Shown here: in pieces, positions 34,161 through 42,396 of the stretch
How positions within the stretch are numbered: position 1 is the first letter of the stretch
Layout of the letters: every line of letters begins with the position of its first letter
Source of the DNA: Burkholderiales bacterium
GTDB taxonomy: Bacteria > Pseudomonadota > Gammaproteobacteria > Burkholderiales > Usitatibacteraceae
Direction of reading: 5' to 3'
NCBI GenBank assembly: GCA_033764435.1
Contig: JANRIX010000010.1
Span: 163,220 to 227,219 of the forward strand
Length of the DNA stretch: 64,000 bases
Program-made: the position numbers and the translations under genes
Notes under the pieces: generated by a model
Told to the model about the DNA's origin: nothing
Databases searched by the model: none
What the model saw: only the letters and a program-made list of their open reading frames with translations

Positions 34161-35360
34161 CTATCCCTTGACACAAAGCACTTGCTTCAACGTATGGACG
34201 ATTTCCACCAGGTCGGCCTGCGCGGCCATCACGGCGTCGATGTCCTTGTAGGCGGCGGGAATCTCGTCGATCACGCCACCATCCTTGCGGCACTCCACCC
34301 CGTCGGTCTGGCGCGCCAGATCCTCAACGGTGAAGTTCTTGCTCGCCGCGGTACGCGACATGCGACGTCCCGCACCGTGCGAACACGAGTTGTACGCCTC
34401 CGCATGTCCCTTCCCGCGCACGATGAAGCTCTTCGCCCCCATGCTGCCGGGGATGATGCCGAGCTGATCCTTGCGCGCCGAGACGGCACCCTTGCGGGTG
34501 ATCCACATCGAACGCCCGAAGTGGGTTTCCTTCTGCACGTAGTTGTGGTGACAGTTCACCGCTTCCTGCGTGATCGAGAACTCCTTCGGGATCACGTGAC
34601 GCAGGGACTTCATGACCAGATGCATCATGAGATCGCGGTTGGTGGCCGCATAGTCCTGCGCCCACAGTAGCGCCTCGACGTAGGCTTCAAACGGCTCGCT
34701 GCCTTCATCCAACCAGGCAAGATCCCGGTCCGGCAGATGCACGTCGCGCTTGGCCGCTTCGGTCTTGGCCATCTCGATGGCCAGCGTACCGATGGTGTTG
34801 CCGACGTTGCGCGAACCGGAGTGCAGCATCACCCACACCGACTGCGCCTCGTCGAGACACAGTTCGATGAAGTGGTTGCCGCCACCGAGCGTACCCAGCT
34901 GGGTACCGAGACGCGTCTTGTTGAAGCGTCCCAGGCGGTCCAGCAGACGCAGCTTCCAGAAGCGCTCATCAAGTGCGTCGATGCGGCGCTTCAGTGCAAT
35001 GCCTTCCAGCCCGTCATGCGTGGGGTCCAGCGTTTCCTTGTGCGCATGAACGCCGACAGGGACCGAGCGCTCGATCGCATGGCGAATATTCGCAAGCGAG
35101 TCCGGCAGGTCGGACGCCTTCAGCGACAGGCGCACAGCGCACATGCCGCAACCGATATCCACGCCGACGGCGGCGGGAATGATGGCAGCCTCGGTGGGGA
35201 TGATGGTCCCGACGGTTGCGCCCTTGCCCAGGTGCACGTCCGGCATGATGGCGACGTGCCCAGCGAGAATGGGCAGCGATGCCATGTTGCGAATCTGGGC
35301 GAGCGCCGCGTCCTCCACGGGCACACCGCTCACCCACATTCGGGTGTTTTGAACTTCCAT
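34161..35360 (-). CDS. rtcB: RNA-splicing ligase RtcB
   Basis: GHVAIMPDVHLGKGATVGTII, NHFIELC, HSGSRNVG, HNYV, SCSHGAGRRMSR (RtcB metal/GTP-binding signature blocks). Start at M41 of ORF 34161..35480, RBS aaggag. Confidence 0.9.
   Translation of the reverse strand: MEVQNTRMWVSGVPVEDAALAQIRNMASLPILAGHVAIMPDVHLGKGATVGTIIPTEAAIIPAAVGVDIGCGMCAVRLSLKASDLPDSLANIRHAIERSVPVGVHAHKETLDPTHDGLEGIALKRRIDALDERFWKLRLLDRLGRFNKTRLGTQLGTLGGGNHFIELCLDEAQSVWVMLHSGSRNVGNTIGTLAIEMAKTEAAKRDVHLPDRDLAWLDEGSEPFEAYVEALLWAQDYAATNRDLMMHLVMKSLRHVIPKEFSITQEAVNCHHNYVQKETHFGRSMWITRKGAVSARKDQLGIIPGSMGAKSFIVRGKGHAEAYNSCSHGAGRRMSRTAASKNFTVEDLARQTDGVECRKDGGVIDEIPAAYKDIDAVMAAQADLVEIVHTLKQVLCVKG
35082..35093. repeat. GCGAATATTCGC palindrome copy (perfect)
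   Basis: 12/12; in rtcB (minus), reads ANIR (frame checked). Confidence 0.95.
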
Positions 35361-35450
35361 GGTTTTTCTCCTTGGTGTGATTGTGAAGCAGATTGCGGGC
35401 GCGCTTGTAGACAAGTAGGCCGCGCGCTTCATCGCGGCCCCGCATGTAAG

Positions 35451-35537
35451 TGGTACCCACCGTCCGATTCGAACGGACATGCCCTTGCGGGCGCCTGCTT
35501 CTGAGGCAGGGACGTCTACCTATTCCGCCAGGTGGGT
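35451..35537 (-). tRNA. tRNA-Leu(CAG)
   Basis: Manual fold: acceptor ACCCACC/GGTGGGT; anticodon arm CCTGC-CTCAGAA-GCAGG; long variable arm; T-arm GTCCG-TTCGAAT-CGGAC; discriminator A; CCA encoded. Confidence 0.8.
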
Positions 35538-35549
35538 GTTGATGGGTGA

Positions 35550-35626
35550 TGGCAAGGGTGGTGAGATTCGAACTCACGATGACTGGCTTCAAAGGCCAGT
35601 GCCTTCGGCCGCTTGGCGACACCCCT
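35550..35626 (-). tRNA. tRNA-Gln(TTG)
   Basis: Acceptor AGGGGTG/CACCCTT (one G-U pair); anticodon arm CTGGC-CTTTGAA-GCCAG; T-arm GTGAG-TTCGAAT-CTCAC; discriminator G; CCA encoded. Confidence 0.8.
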
Positions 35627-35637
35627 GGTTGCAACTT

Positions 35638-35712
35638 GGTGGACCCGGCAAGACTTGAACTTGCGACCTCGTGGGTAAGAGCCACTTGCTCTGACGACTG
35701 AGCTACGAGTCC
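35638..35712 (-). tRNA. tRNA-Lys(CTT)
   Basis: Acceptor GGACTCG/CGGGTCC; D-arm GCTC-AGTCGTCA-GAGC; anticodon arm AGTGG-CTCTTAC-CCACG; T-arm GCAAG-TTCAAGT-CTTGC; CCA encoded. Confidence 0.8.
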
Positions 35713-35718
35713 GATGAA

Positions 35719-35872
35719 TGGCAGGACATAGGGGACTCAAACCCCTGACATCCGGATAGAAAATTTGCAGCCTCATCGCAAATTTCAGTGGAGGCTAACT
35801 TGCGAAGCAAGTTAAGCGCCATGGCGCGGCCGAAACTACAATCCGGCGCTCTATCGGCTGAGCTAATGTCCC
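35719..35872 (-). tRNA. tRNA-Tyr(GTA)-like gene interrupted by an ~70-nt hairpin-rich insertion between the anticodon arm and T-arm (probable pseudogene or unusual variant)
   Basis: 5' part GGGACAT-TA-GCTC-AGCCGATA-GAGC-G-CCGGA-TTGTAGT-TTCGG. Then 84 nt containing the palindromes gcgccatggcgc, aacttgcttcgcaagtt and gcctc..gaggc. Then T-arm AGGGG-TTTGAGT-CCCCT (non-canonical T-loop), 3' acceptor ATGTCCT, discriminator G and CCA. Confidence 0.35.
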
Positions 35873-35873
35873 A

Positions 35874-35952
35874 TGGCCTCGCATGATGGAATCGAACCAC
35901 CGACCTCCGCGTTCGTAGCGCGGCGCTCTCATATCCACTGAGCTAATGCGAG
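35874..35952 (-). tRNA. tRNA-Arg(ACG)
   Basis: Acceptor CTCGCAT/ATGCGAG; D-arm GCTC-AGTGGATATGA-GAGC; anticodon arm CCGCG-CTACGAA-CGCGG; T-arm GGTGG-TTCGATT-CCATC; discriminator G; CCA encoded. Abuts the Tyr-like gene with a 1-nt spacer. Confidence 0.75.
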
Positions 35953-35960
35953 ATGAAAGT

Positions 35961-36050
35961 TGGTAGTCGGAACGCGCGAGTTTGGCAAAATCGTGAACGC
36001 GTGACCTCCCGGTTATCAACCGGGTGCTCTCCCCGCTGAGCTATCCGACA
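35961..36050 (-). tRNA. tRNA-Ile(GAT)-like gene with an expanded ~21-nt T-loop (probable pseudogene or variant)
   Basis: TGTCGGA-TA-GCTC-AGCGGGGA-GAGC-A-CCCGG-TTGATAA-CCGGG-AGGTC is canonical to the variable loop. The T-stem ACGCG/CGCGT encloses TTCACGATTTTGCCAAACTCG instead of a 7-nt loop. Confidence 0.4.
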
Positions 36051-36176
36051 CTTGATCGAAAGTCTGGCTCTGCACTCCGACAACCGGATCCAGGCGACGC
36101 GAGTCGCGGTAATCCCATGGACGGTGCGCGCCGCCCAAGTGGTCGCCGAAGTGCAGAGTGAGACAGACGAATGAAG

Positions 36177-36253
36177 TGGGGTGAACGACCGGACTCGAAC
36201 CGGTATCTGCCTGGGTCACATCCAGGGGCTCTGCCAATTGAGCTACGTCCTCC
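36177..36253 (-). tRNA. tRNA-His(GTG) with G-1
   Basis: G-1 pairs with discriminator C. Acceptor GAGGACG/CGTTCAC has one A-A mismatch. Anticodon arm CCTGG-ATGTGAC-CCAGG; T-arm ACCGG-TTCGAGT-CCGGT; CCA encoded. Confidence 0.75.
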
Positions 36254-36256
36254 ATT

Positions 36257-36268
36257 GCGAATATTCGC
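36257..36268. repeat. GCGAATATTCGC palindrome copy (perfect)
   Basis: 12/12; 4 nt upstream of the tRNA-His 5' end (minus strand). Confidence 0.95.
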
Positions 36269-36547
36269 CGCGCGCCGGGGCCAAACGGCCCCGGGCCCGA
36301 CTGTTGACCGCTTTCCGCTGCGCGTGCGGAAGAGCGGAGGCATGCCCGCAAATTCGGTGAGGTGCGCCGCGTACAGCGCACGAACATGCCTGCAACGAAC
36401 CCGCTGTCGCCGCCGGGCAGGCCAACGCCTGCCCGGCACGACATCCGGTGAGGGGTTCCAATCTGACTTCACCGGGTTCTTCCCCGACCGGGGTCTTCTT
36501 TCATCGCTGCAACCATCTGCGCAGCAACAATCGCGGCCGGGAGAATG

Positions 36548-36622
36548 TGGCGTCCCCATGCGGAGTTGAACCGCAGTTGCCGGGCTGAAAACCCGGAGTC
36601 CTGACCGCTAGACGATGGAGAC
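36548..36622 (-). tRNA. tRNA-Glu(TTC)
   Basis: Acceptor GTCTCCA/TGGGGAC; anticodon arm CCGGG-TTTTCAG-CCCGG; T-arm TGCGG-TTCAACT-CCGCA; ends GGGGACGCCA as in enterobacterial tRNA-Glu. Confidence 0.8.
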
Positions 36623-36632
36623 AAAAAAGGGG

Positions 36633-36703
36633 AACACGTGGGTGGAATCGAACCACCAATGCCGGATTTGCAGTCCGGTGCCTTGCCGTTCGGCCACACG
36701 TGT
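36633..36703 (-). tRNA. tRNA-Cys(GCA)
   Basis: Acceptor ACACGTG/CACGTGT; 3-bp D-stem; anticodon arm CCGGA-CTGCAAA-TCCGG; T-arm GGTGG-TTCGATT-CCACC; discriminator T; CCA not encoded. Confidence 0.7.
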
Positions 36704-37880
36704 GTTGAATAAAACCGGCCTGAGACTACAGCCGGATCACCGAACCCTTCGCGGCATCATCAGCGCGTTGCAACACGCGCCGTTCTCCGCTTGTCCACCT
36801 GCCCCGGCTGTGCGCCACGAGCAGGTCGATCGGCATGTCTGCGTTTGTTGACGGAGCCGCATTGCTCCGGTCACGTCCGACTACTCGACGATTCACCTAC
36901 CGTGAACCTTGCGGGCTCCAAAGGGGGATTACCCCACCGTGCGGCTTGGCATCGACACCGGCAACCTTGCGGGTCGCCCGGCATGCCTGCATTCGTGTTG
37001 CCACGTGCAGGATTAAGACATTTGTTCATCGGACGCCGGCAGCGTCTTTGCGTTGTTCATGGTTTCGGAATGATTCTCAGGCCATTCCTCCTGCACGACG
37101 TGCGCTGCCAGCGGTTGCCATCACCTTTTGGATGACGGAATGCCGCACGCCGCATGACGTTCCTTGCGGTACTTGTCGGTGTTTCGCGATCCGGGCTCGG
37201 CATGACTACCAGTGACGGCGCATGCGCGGCCCGTGCCGCTGACACTGCGGCAAAGCCCTTCCTTGCGGGTCGGACCCTGCCACTACCTTTCACCTTCCAC
37301 GTTCGCGATCGGGTTTGTGCGGAGGACGGCACCACCCGTTTCCTTCCCGCGCCACCGTTTCCCCGGCAGTTGCCCACCGGAGCGGTTCGACACAGTCACC
37401 GCACGATCACTTCACGCTTCGCGCCGGCCGGAATCGGACGACGCACCCTTCAACGAGGGCAGGTTCGGCTTGCCTGGATTGACCACGGGTTACCCCGTGG
37501 CGCCGGTGTGCAGTACACCGGCTTTGCGCGTGTCGCCACGCGTTGTCGGCGCCAAGCCGCCATCACCTCTGCCGGCCGAAGCCGGAATCGATGAGTTTCT
37601 TCGGTGCGAATGTTTGCACCATGCCCCAGTTTCCTCGTCGTGAAGAAACTCGAACATGGCGCCTCCGCCGGACGAGTCCGGCGAAGGCACCGACACACAC
37701 ATCGGCTGCGCGGCCGATGCGCGTGTTGAACCAGACGAGTGGCAGTCATCGAGAGCCGCGCGCACAGCTGGCGATGATTGCCTGTTCGTCATCAAAAAAT
37801 CACTTCCCGAATTGTTAAAGAGCAGGCTGTTTCCCGATGGACACAGCGGTGTTGCGGGTGAAACGGTTGAAAAAGACAAC

Positions 37881-37910
37881 AAAAAACCCGGAGTCTTTCG
37901 ACATCCGGGT
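37881..37910 (-). terminator. terminator-like hairpin with flanking A/T runs
   Basis: cccggagtctttcgacatccggg, preceded on the plus strand by aaaaaa (T-run on the minus strand, downstream of small ORF 37943-38116). Confidence 0.4.
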
Positions 37911-37942
37911 TCTTGGTGGTGCTGCTTTGCTGAGAGCTGGCG

Positions 37943-38116
37943 CTACGCGCTCACACTCTCCCACTCGGAACCCGGATTCTGCGGATCAAGGCCATAGCCC
38001 ATGCGCTTGCCAAATGCGGACTGTTCAAGACCGAACAGGACGCAAATGGACAGGGCCATGGCCGGGGCTTTTGCCCGTGCCGCGGAGGTCCAGTTATGTG
38101 TCGTGTTGAAGGTCAT
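37943..38116 (-). CDS. small ORF (57 aa), hypothetical
   Basis: MTFNTTHNWTSAARAKAPAMALSICVLFGLEQSAFGKRMGYGLDPQNPGSEWESVSA with RBS agga 10 nt upstream and a terminator-like hairpin downstream; below ORF-track cutoff; weak. Confidence 0.25.
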   Translation of the reverse strand: MTFNTTHNWTSAARAKAPAMALSICVLFGLEQSAFGKRMGYGLDPQNPGSEWESVSA

Positions 38117-38286
38117 TGAAATCGGGTTCCTGAAAAATTGGTTTGGGTGTTTCTTTTTTTAGGATGCCAAGAAATTTGCGAAGTCGTCAACACCTTTCTC
38201 AAAAAATTTTCGCGCGAGGTCTTGTTTTCCTCGCGCGAACGATTGAAAACGCGATGCGTTGACGCCGACTTCCTTGTGTCTCGAAA

Positions 38287-39744
38287 TCACCCGCCCCAGC
38301 TCTGCAGATTGAGCAACTCGCGCAGGGTTTTCGGGCCATAGGTGACGAACGATGGATCGGGCCGTTCACGATAATTCTCGCGATCCTTCGCAACCTTGTC
38401 GGTACGAAGGTGCTTGTCGAGGATGTCCTTCGGCACCGGATAGATCTTCAGCGCATTGAGCCCGAACACCTTGGCGCGGAGCGCCGGTGTGATTTCGGGA
38501 TAGCCATGCTTGTCGCGCAGCGCCGCTGAAATCTGGAACGTGCGGAACGCCTGGATCTGGTCCTGTGGCGAGCCGTACCAGATCGAATCGGTGCCCCAGA
38601 CAACGTTGTCGGGCCCACAGAATTTGAACAGCTTGCCCAGCCCGTGTGCAGCCGAGTCAGGGTTGCGCATCATGATTCGCCAGGTCGAACCCAGCTCTGC
38701 GTAGACATTGCTGCCCGGTTTGATGCCATTCGCAACAAGGCTGGTGCAGAGGCTGTCGATGCCGTCGCTGCGCTTTTCGTCATACGGGCCCTCCGCCTTG
38801 TCCGCGACCAAGCCGGAGTGGTAGATGAGGAAGTTCATGTCGGGAAAGCGCTTGGCGATTCGACCGACGTCGGCACAGGTCGAGTGTTCGTAGGAACGCG
38901 GGCCGAAGGCGAGTCCCTTGTGAATCGCGATGTTCTTCACGCCGAGCTTCTTCGCCTTCTCGACGAACTTGATGCCGATGTCGTCATCCAGCCAGAAGCC
39001 TTTGCCGTCCGGCCCCCACTGCGTGTAGGTCTTCCACGCGGCGATGGGATATTTCGCGGCCATCTCGTCCATGGCTTCCAGATCACCCGGCGAATTGGGA
39101 TTCACCCGGCCGTGGATGTAGAGGCGGTGCGTGCCGTTCAGCTTCTCCACGATGCGGGAGGTCGCAAACGCTTCCTCGATGGTGAGCGGCTCGCGCTCCT
39201 TGGTGGACGGAACGAAGGAGAGCACCATCAAGTCCGTGTCCGAATCCATGAACACTTCCTTGATGAATTCGTCCTGGCCGATGCAGTTGAGATAGTCGAG
39301 CTGGCCCGGACCCTTGGTGGGTCCGCAGGCCTGCGTCTTCGGCATCTGCAACGGTTTCGCACCCGGCGGCAGCAGCTTGGTCCAGGCACCCGTCGGATTC
39401 ACGAAGTGGCCCTGCACGTCGAAGATGAACTCGTTGCCCCCAACGGTCTTCTGCGCCAGTGCATTGTCGAGTGCGGCGGTCTTGTCGATGTCGTAGAAGC
39501 CGCCCGTCTTGCCGGCTGCGGCATAAGCGGCGTTCATGCCGAGCAGCGTGCTGGCGGCGCCGGCGGCACTCACCAGGAAACTGCGCCGATCCAGGCCGAG
39601 GCGTTTCGCGTTGGCGCTCGCAGCGTCATACGCCAGTTGATTGGCGTGATGATGCTCGCGCTCCAGCGGCAGGGGCGAGTATTCGCCATTGCTGGTGGTG
39701 TCGAGCTTGATGGGCAGGCGCGTGCCGTGCGGGTCGTGGGCCAT
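38287..39744 (-). CDS. Tat-exported amidohydrolase-2 (TIM-barrel metal-dependent hydrolase) family protein
   Basis: Perfect SD aggagg before ATG 39744 (M36 of ORF). Tat motif RRSFLVSAAGAASTLLG. Amidohydrolase_2-like blocks FIFDVQGHF...IHGRVNP...AIHKGL...LIYHSG. Confidence 0.85.
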   Translation of the reverse strand: MAHDPHGTRLPIKLDTTSNGEYSPLPLEREHHHANQLAYDAASANAKRLGLDRRSFLVSAAGAASTLLGMNAAYAAAGKTGGFYDIDKTAALDNALAQKTVGGNEFIFDVQGHFVNPTGAWTKLLPPGAKPLQMPKTQACGPTKGPGQLDYLNCIGQDEFIKEVFMDSDTDLMVLSFVPSTKEREPLTIEEAFATSRIVEKLNGTHRLYIHGRVNPNSPGDLEAMDEMAAKYPIAAWKTYTQWGPDGKGFWLDDDIGIKFVEKAKKLGVKNIAIHKGLAFGPRSYEHSTCADVGRIAKRFPDMNFLIYHSGLVADKAEGPYDEKRSDGIDSLCTSLVANGIKPGSNVYAELGSTWRIMMRNPDSAAHGLGKLFKFCGPDNVVWGTDSIWYGSPQDQIQAFRTFQISAALRDKHGYPEITPALRAKVFGLNALKIYPVPKDILDKHLRTDKVAKDRENYRERPDPSFVTYGPKTLRELLNLQSWGG

Positions 39745-39835
39745 TGCGACATCCTCCTGAAACAAAGCGCTTACATTACGCCGATAGGATGCGCACTGCA
39801 TAAGGTGCCTTCGCACCGGGAAGCCGGGAGACAAC

Positions 39836-40366
39836 ATGATTCTGCACACGCTTCATTCACGCTGGATACTCGCTTTCGCGTTGCTGTTCTTTTGTGGCGC
39901 CGCGCTTGCGCAAATGCCGGGCGGCGGCGGTGATCGCCGCGGCCGCGGTCCGGGCGGCATGGGCGAGATGCCGCGCCGCGAAGCCGGCCCGCGGCCCGGT
40001 CCGCCGGCAGCACCGGTGACCGACCCGCTCTCGGCGTTCGAGCGCGAGCTGCCGTCACTGCGCATGGATCTCCGCCTCGCGCCGGAACAGGTTGCGAACT
40101 GGGATGCCCTCGCCCGCGCCATTCGCGATGCGGCTGAAGCCAACCGTGGCGTCGCCCGCATGGCCGCCAGTCTGCGCCTGGGCGAAGAAGTCCCGCCACT
40201 GGGCAAGGCGCTGGACGCATTGGGTGCGCTCGCAAACCAGCGCGCCGCCGCTCTCGCAGAAGCCAACCGCGCCCATGCCGCGTTGGACACACAGCTCTCG
40301 ACCGAACAGAAAAGCAATCTGACCCGACGCTTCCGGCAGGCGCTGATGGAGCCGTTGGGACCCTGA
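39836..40366 (+). CDS. periplasmic Spy/CpxP-like (LTxxQ motif) protein
   Basis: Signal peptide MILHTLHSRWILAFALLFFCGAALA; Gly/Pro-rich linker; two LxxEQ motifs (LAPEQVANW, LSTEQKSNL). Confidence 0.65.
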   Translation: MILHTLHSRWILAFALLFFCGAALAQMPGGGGDRRGRGPGGMGEMPRREAGPRPGPPAAPVTDPLSAFERELPSLRMDLRLAPEQVANWDALARAIRDAAEANRGVARMAASLRLGEEVPPLGKALDALGALANQRAAALAEANRAHAALDTQLSTEQKSNLTRRFRQALMEPLGP

Positions 40367-40499
40367 TCTTGCCGGCATCAGGGCGGCGCACGCACACACC
40401 ACCCATCGGAAGTACTGAGCGCCGGTGCCCGTTCGGCAGTACGTGGATTTTCCTCTATGCTTCTGGTGCGACGTTCGCCACCCACCCACTGGAGCACCC

Positions 40500-41045
40500 A
40501 TGTTCATCCGCGCCTTTGCCGCTGCCCTGCTGCTGATTCCCGTTCTGGCCCTCGCCCAGCGCCCGCCTTCGGCGCCGCAGCCCGCCAACCCGGCGATTCT
40601 CAAGGCCATTGATGCCGACGTGTGGGTGCCGTACAGCAAGGCGTTCGCCGATGGCAGAGCCAATGACTACATCGCCCTGCATTCGAAGTCGCTGCTCAGA
40701 GTGATGGGGGATGTGAAGTATGTCGATCCCTATGACGGCTTCGCCCGCAACATGACCGAGATGTTCGACAGCCTGAAGAAACAGAACGTCAAGGTGACGA
40801 TCCAGTTCCGTTTCACCGAGCGTATCGCCAGCGCCGACACGGCGTCGGAGCGCGGCATCTACGAATTCGTGATGACGGATGCCAAAGGCAAGGTGACCAA
40901 AAATTACTCCCGCTTTCACAACTTCCTGAAGAAGGAAGGCGGCAAGTGGAAGATCGTCATGGACTATGACAATGGCGAAAAAGGTGCGGTGACCGAGGCG
41001 ACCTACAAGGCCGCTTTCGCCCGCGACGACTACGCCAAGTATTGA
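40500..41045 (+). CDS. secreted SnoaL/NTF2-like (DUF4440-like) protein
   Basis: Signal MFIRAFAAALLLIPVLALA; 181 aa from M26 of ORF 40425..41045. Confidence 0.65.
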   Translation: MFIRAFAAALLLIPVLALAQRPPSAPQPANPAILKAIDADVWVPYSKAFADGRANDYIALHSKSLLRVMGDVKYVDPYDGFARNMTEMFDSLKKQNVKVTIQFRFTERIASADTASERGIYEFVMTDAKGKVTKNYSRFHNFLKKEGGKWKIVMDYDNGEKGAVTEATYKAAFARDDYAKY

Positions 41046-41051
41046 CGCCCC

Positions 41052-42353
41052 TCAGGCCAGCGGCAGACGATAGCGGGTCACGCGGCGCACCGCGTGGCTC
41101 ACATCCTTGCCGCGTTGCACCCCTCGCTCGACCTCGGTGACTTCCAGCGTCACCGCATCCTGTTGCACCACCGGCACCGCGATCAGTGCCTCATAAGGAT
41201 TGATGCCGGCATCCAGCGGCAGCGGTGCGTCAATCCGGCGCAAGGGCTCGCCGCCATGCGAGAACTCGGCCCAGGTGAGCCGCACCGTGCCGGCATCGAT
41301 GCGCTCCGCGTGGCGCCAGACCAGCAGCAGCGCGAAGCCGCGCGCCGTCGGAAACTTCCAGGGCGGGTGATCGAAGATGGCCCCGGTGCGCATGCCGTCG
41401 CTGATCCACGGCTGCGGCACGGCGCGCAGCCCATCGCCCACCGGGAGATTCAACGTCCAATCGCCTTCAATGCTGACGAGGCCGATGCGTGGCAGCGCCT
41501 CACTTCGCGCCTGCAGCATCGCGTTCTTCTGGCGCCAGTCGATGCTCCCGCCCGGCGTGGTGCGCGAAACCTGGTCAAGTGTCGCGGCCTTCTCCTCGGG
41601 AAACGTCTTCACCGGCTTCACCTTCTGCAAGGCGGACGCCCGCGCCCTTGACGGCTCGGCCGGCTGGATAAAGTCGCTCACCAGTCGCGCAACCTCCTTG
41701 CGTCGATTGCAGCCATTCACCGGATTGCCCGACACGGTGACCTGATAGGTGAGCGTGACACTGCGAATATTCGCCAGCTCGTTGCCATGCTCCACGTCTT
41801 TCATGATCGCCTGCACCCTCACATCCCGGCGGCCGGTGAGCCCGTCGATCCAGTTGTTGCGCGGCGGCGAGTGATTGACCAACTCGATCCGGTAGCGCGA
41901 GGTGGGCGCGGCAATCGGCGTCTCGGCGATGCACTCGCCCGGCTTCAACCCCAGGCCGGCCAGTTGCTGATCAAGCAGCGTCCGTTGCTGCGGATTCATC
42001 GCGTCGAGGCGCCGCGTCAGCGCGGCACAGGCCTTTTCATCCGTGGAGAGCTCGTAGCGCCGGAAGCCGCCACCGGCGCGATCGGTTTCCACATAGCGGA
42101 AGCCCCGCTTGAGCAGCAGCTCGGCCGGCCAGGGCGCGCCCTGCTGGGGCATCCAGTAGCTGGCCACGAAGAAACCATCGGCCGTGACCGGCGCCTGGGG
42201 AAGGCGCGGCGGATGCGCGGCACATTCGCGCTCGATCTCCGCCACCGGGGTGCAGGCGGAGAGCGCAATCAGCAGAAGCAGGGGCAGCGCAGGCTGGGCA
42301 AGTCGTGAGCAGTTCAAGTCGTTGGCAGCGATGCGGGAAGATGGGTCGAGCAT
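41052..42353 (-). CDS. lipoprotein, hypothetical
   Basis: Lipobox LLLIALSACT after M11 of ORF 41052..42383; 433 aa with no recognisable domain. Confidence 0.55.
   Translation of the reverse strand: MLDPSSRIAANDLNCSRLAQPALPLLLLIALSACTPVAEIERECAAHPPRLPQAPVTADGFFVASYWMPQQGAPWPAELLLKRGFRYVETDRAGGGFRRYELSTDEKACAALTRRLDAMNPQQRTLLDQQLAGLGLKPGECIAETPIAAPTSRYRIELVNHSPPRNNWIDGLTGRRDVRVQAIMKDVEHGNELANIRSVTLTYQVTVSGNPVNGCNRRKEVARLVSDFIQPAEPSRARASALQKVKPVKTFPEEKAATLDQVSRTTPGGSIDWRQKNAMLQARSEALPRIGLVSIEGDWTLNLPVGDGLRAVPQPWISDGMRTGAIFDHPPWKFPTARGFALLLVWRHAERIDAGTVRLTWAEFSHGGEPLRRIDAPLPLDAGINPYEALIAVPVVQQDAVTLEVTEVERGVQRGKDVSHAVRRVTRYRLPLA
41763..41774. repeat. GCGAATATTCGC palindrome copy (perfect)
   Basis: 12/12; in the lipoprotein gene (minus), reads ANIR (frame checked). 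Confidence 0.95.
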
Positions 42354-42396
42354 AGCACCCACCCGCAACCGAACAACCCCCACCCTGAACGCTGAA

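Noticed and set aside
36704-37880. RNase P RNA, tmRNA, SRP/6S RNA or group II intron in the ORF-free region next to the tRNA array
   Set aside because: Searched by eye for GGAAAGTCCGG / GGTGAAA-GGTGCGGTAAGAGCGCACC / ACAGAACCCGGCTTA, the ANDENYALAA tag template, and domain V (GAGCCGTATG...). None was found.
39836-40366. Possible CpxP/Spy call as a defined stress gene with symbol
   Set aside because: Only the LTxxQ-like motifs and the signal peptide support it; kept as a family-level call without gene symbol.
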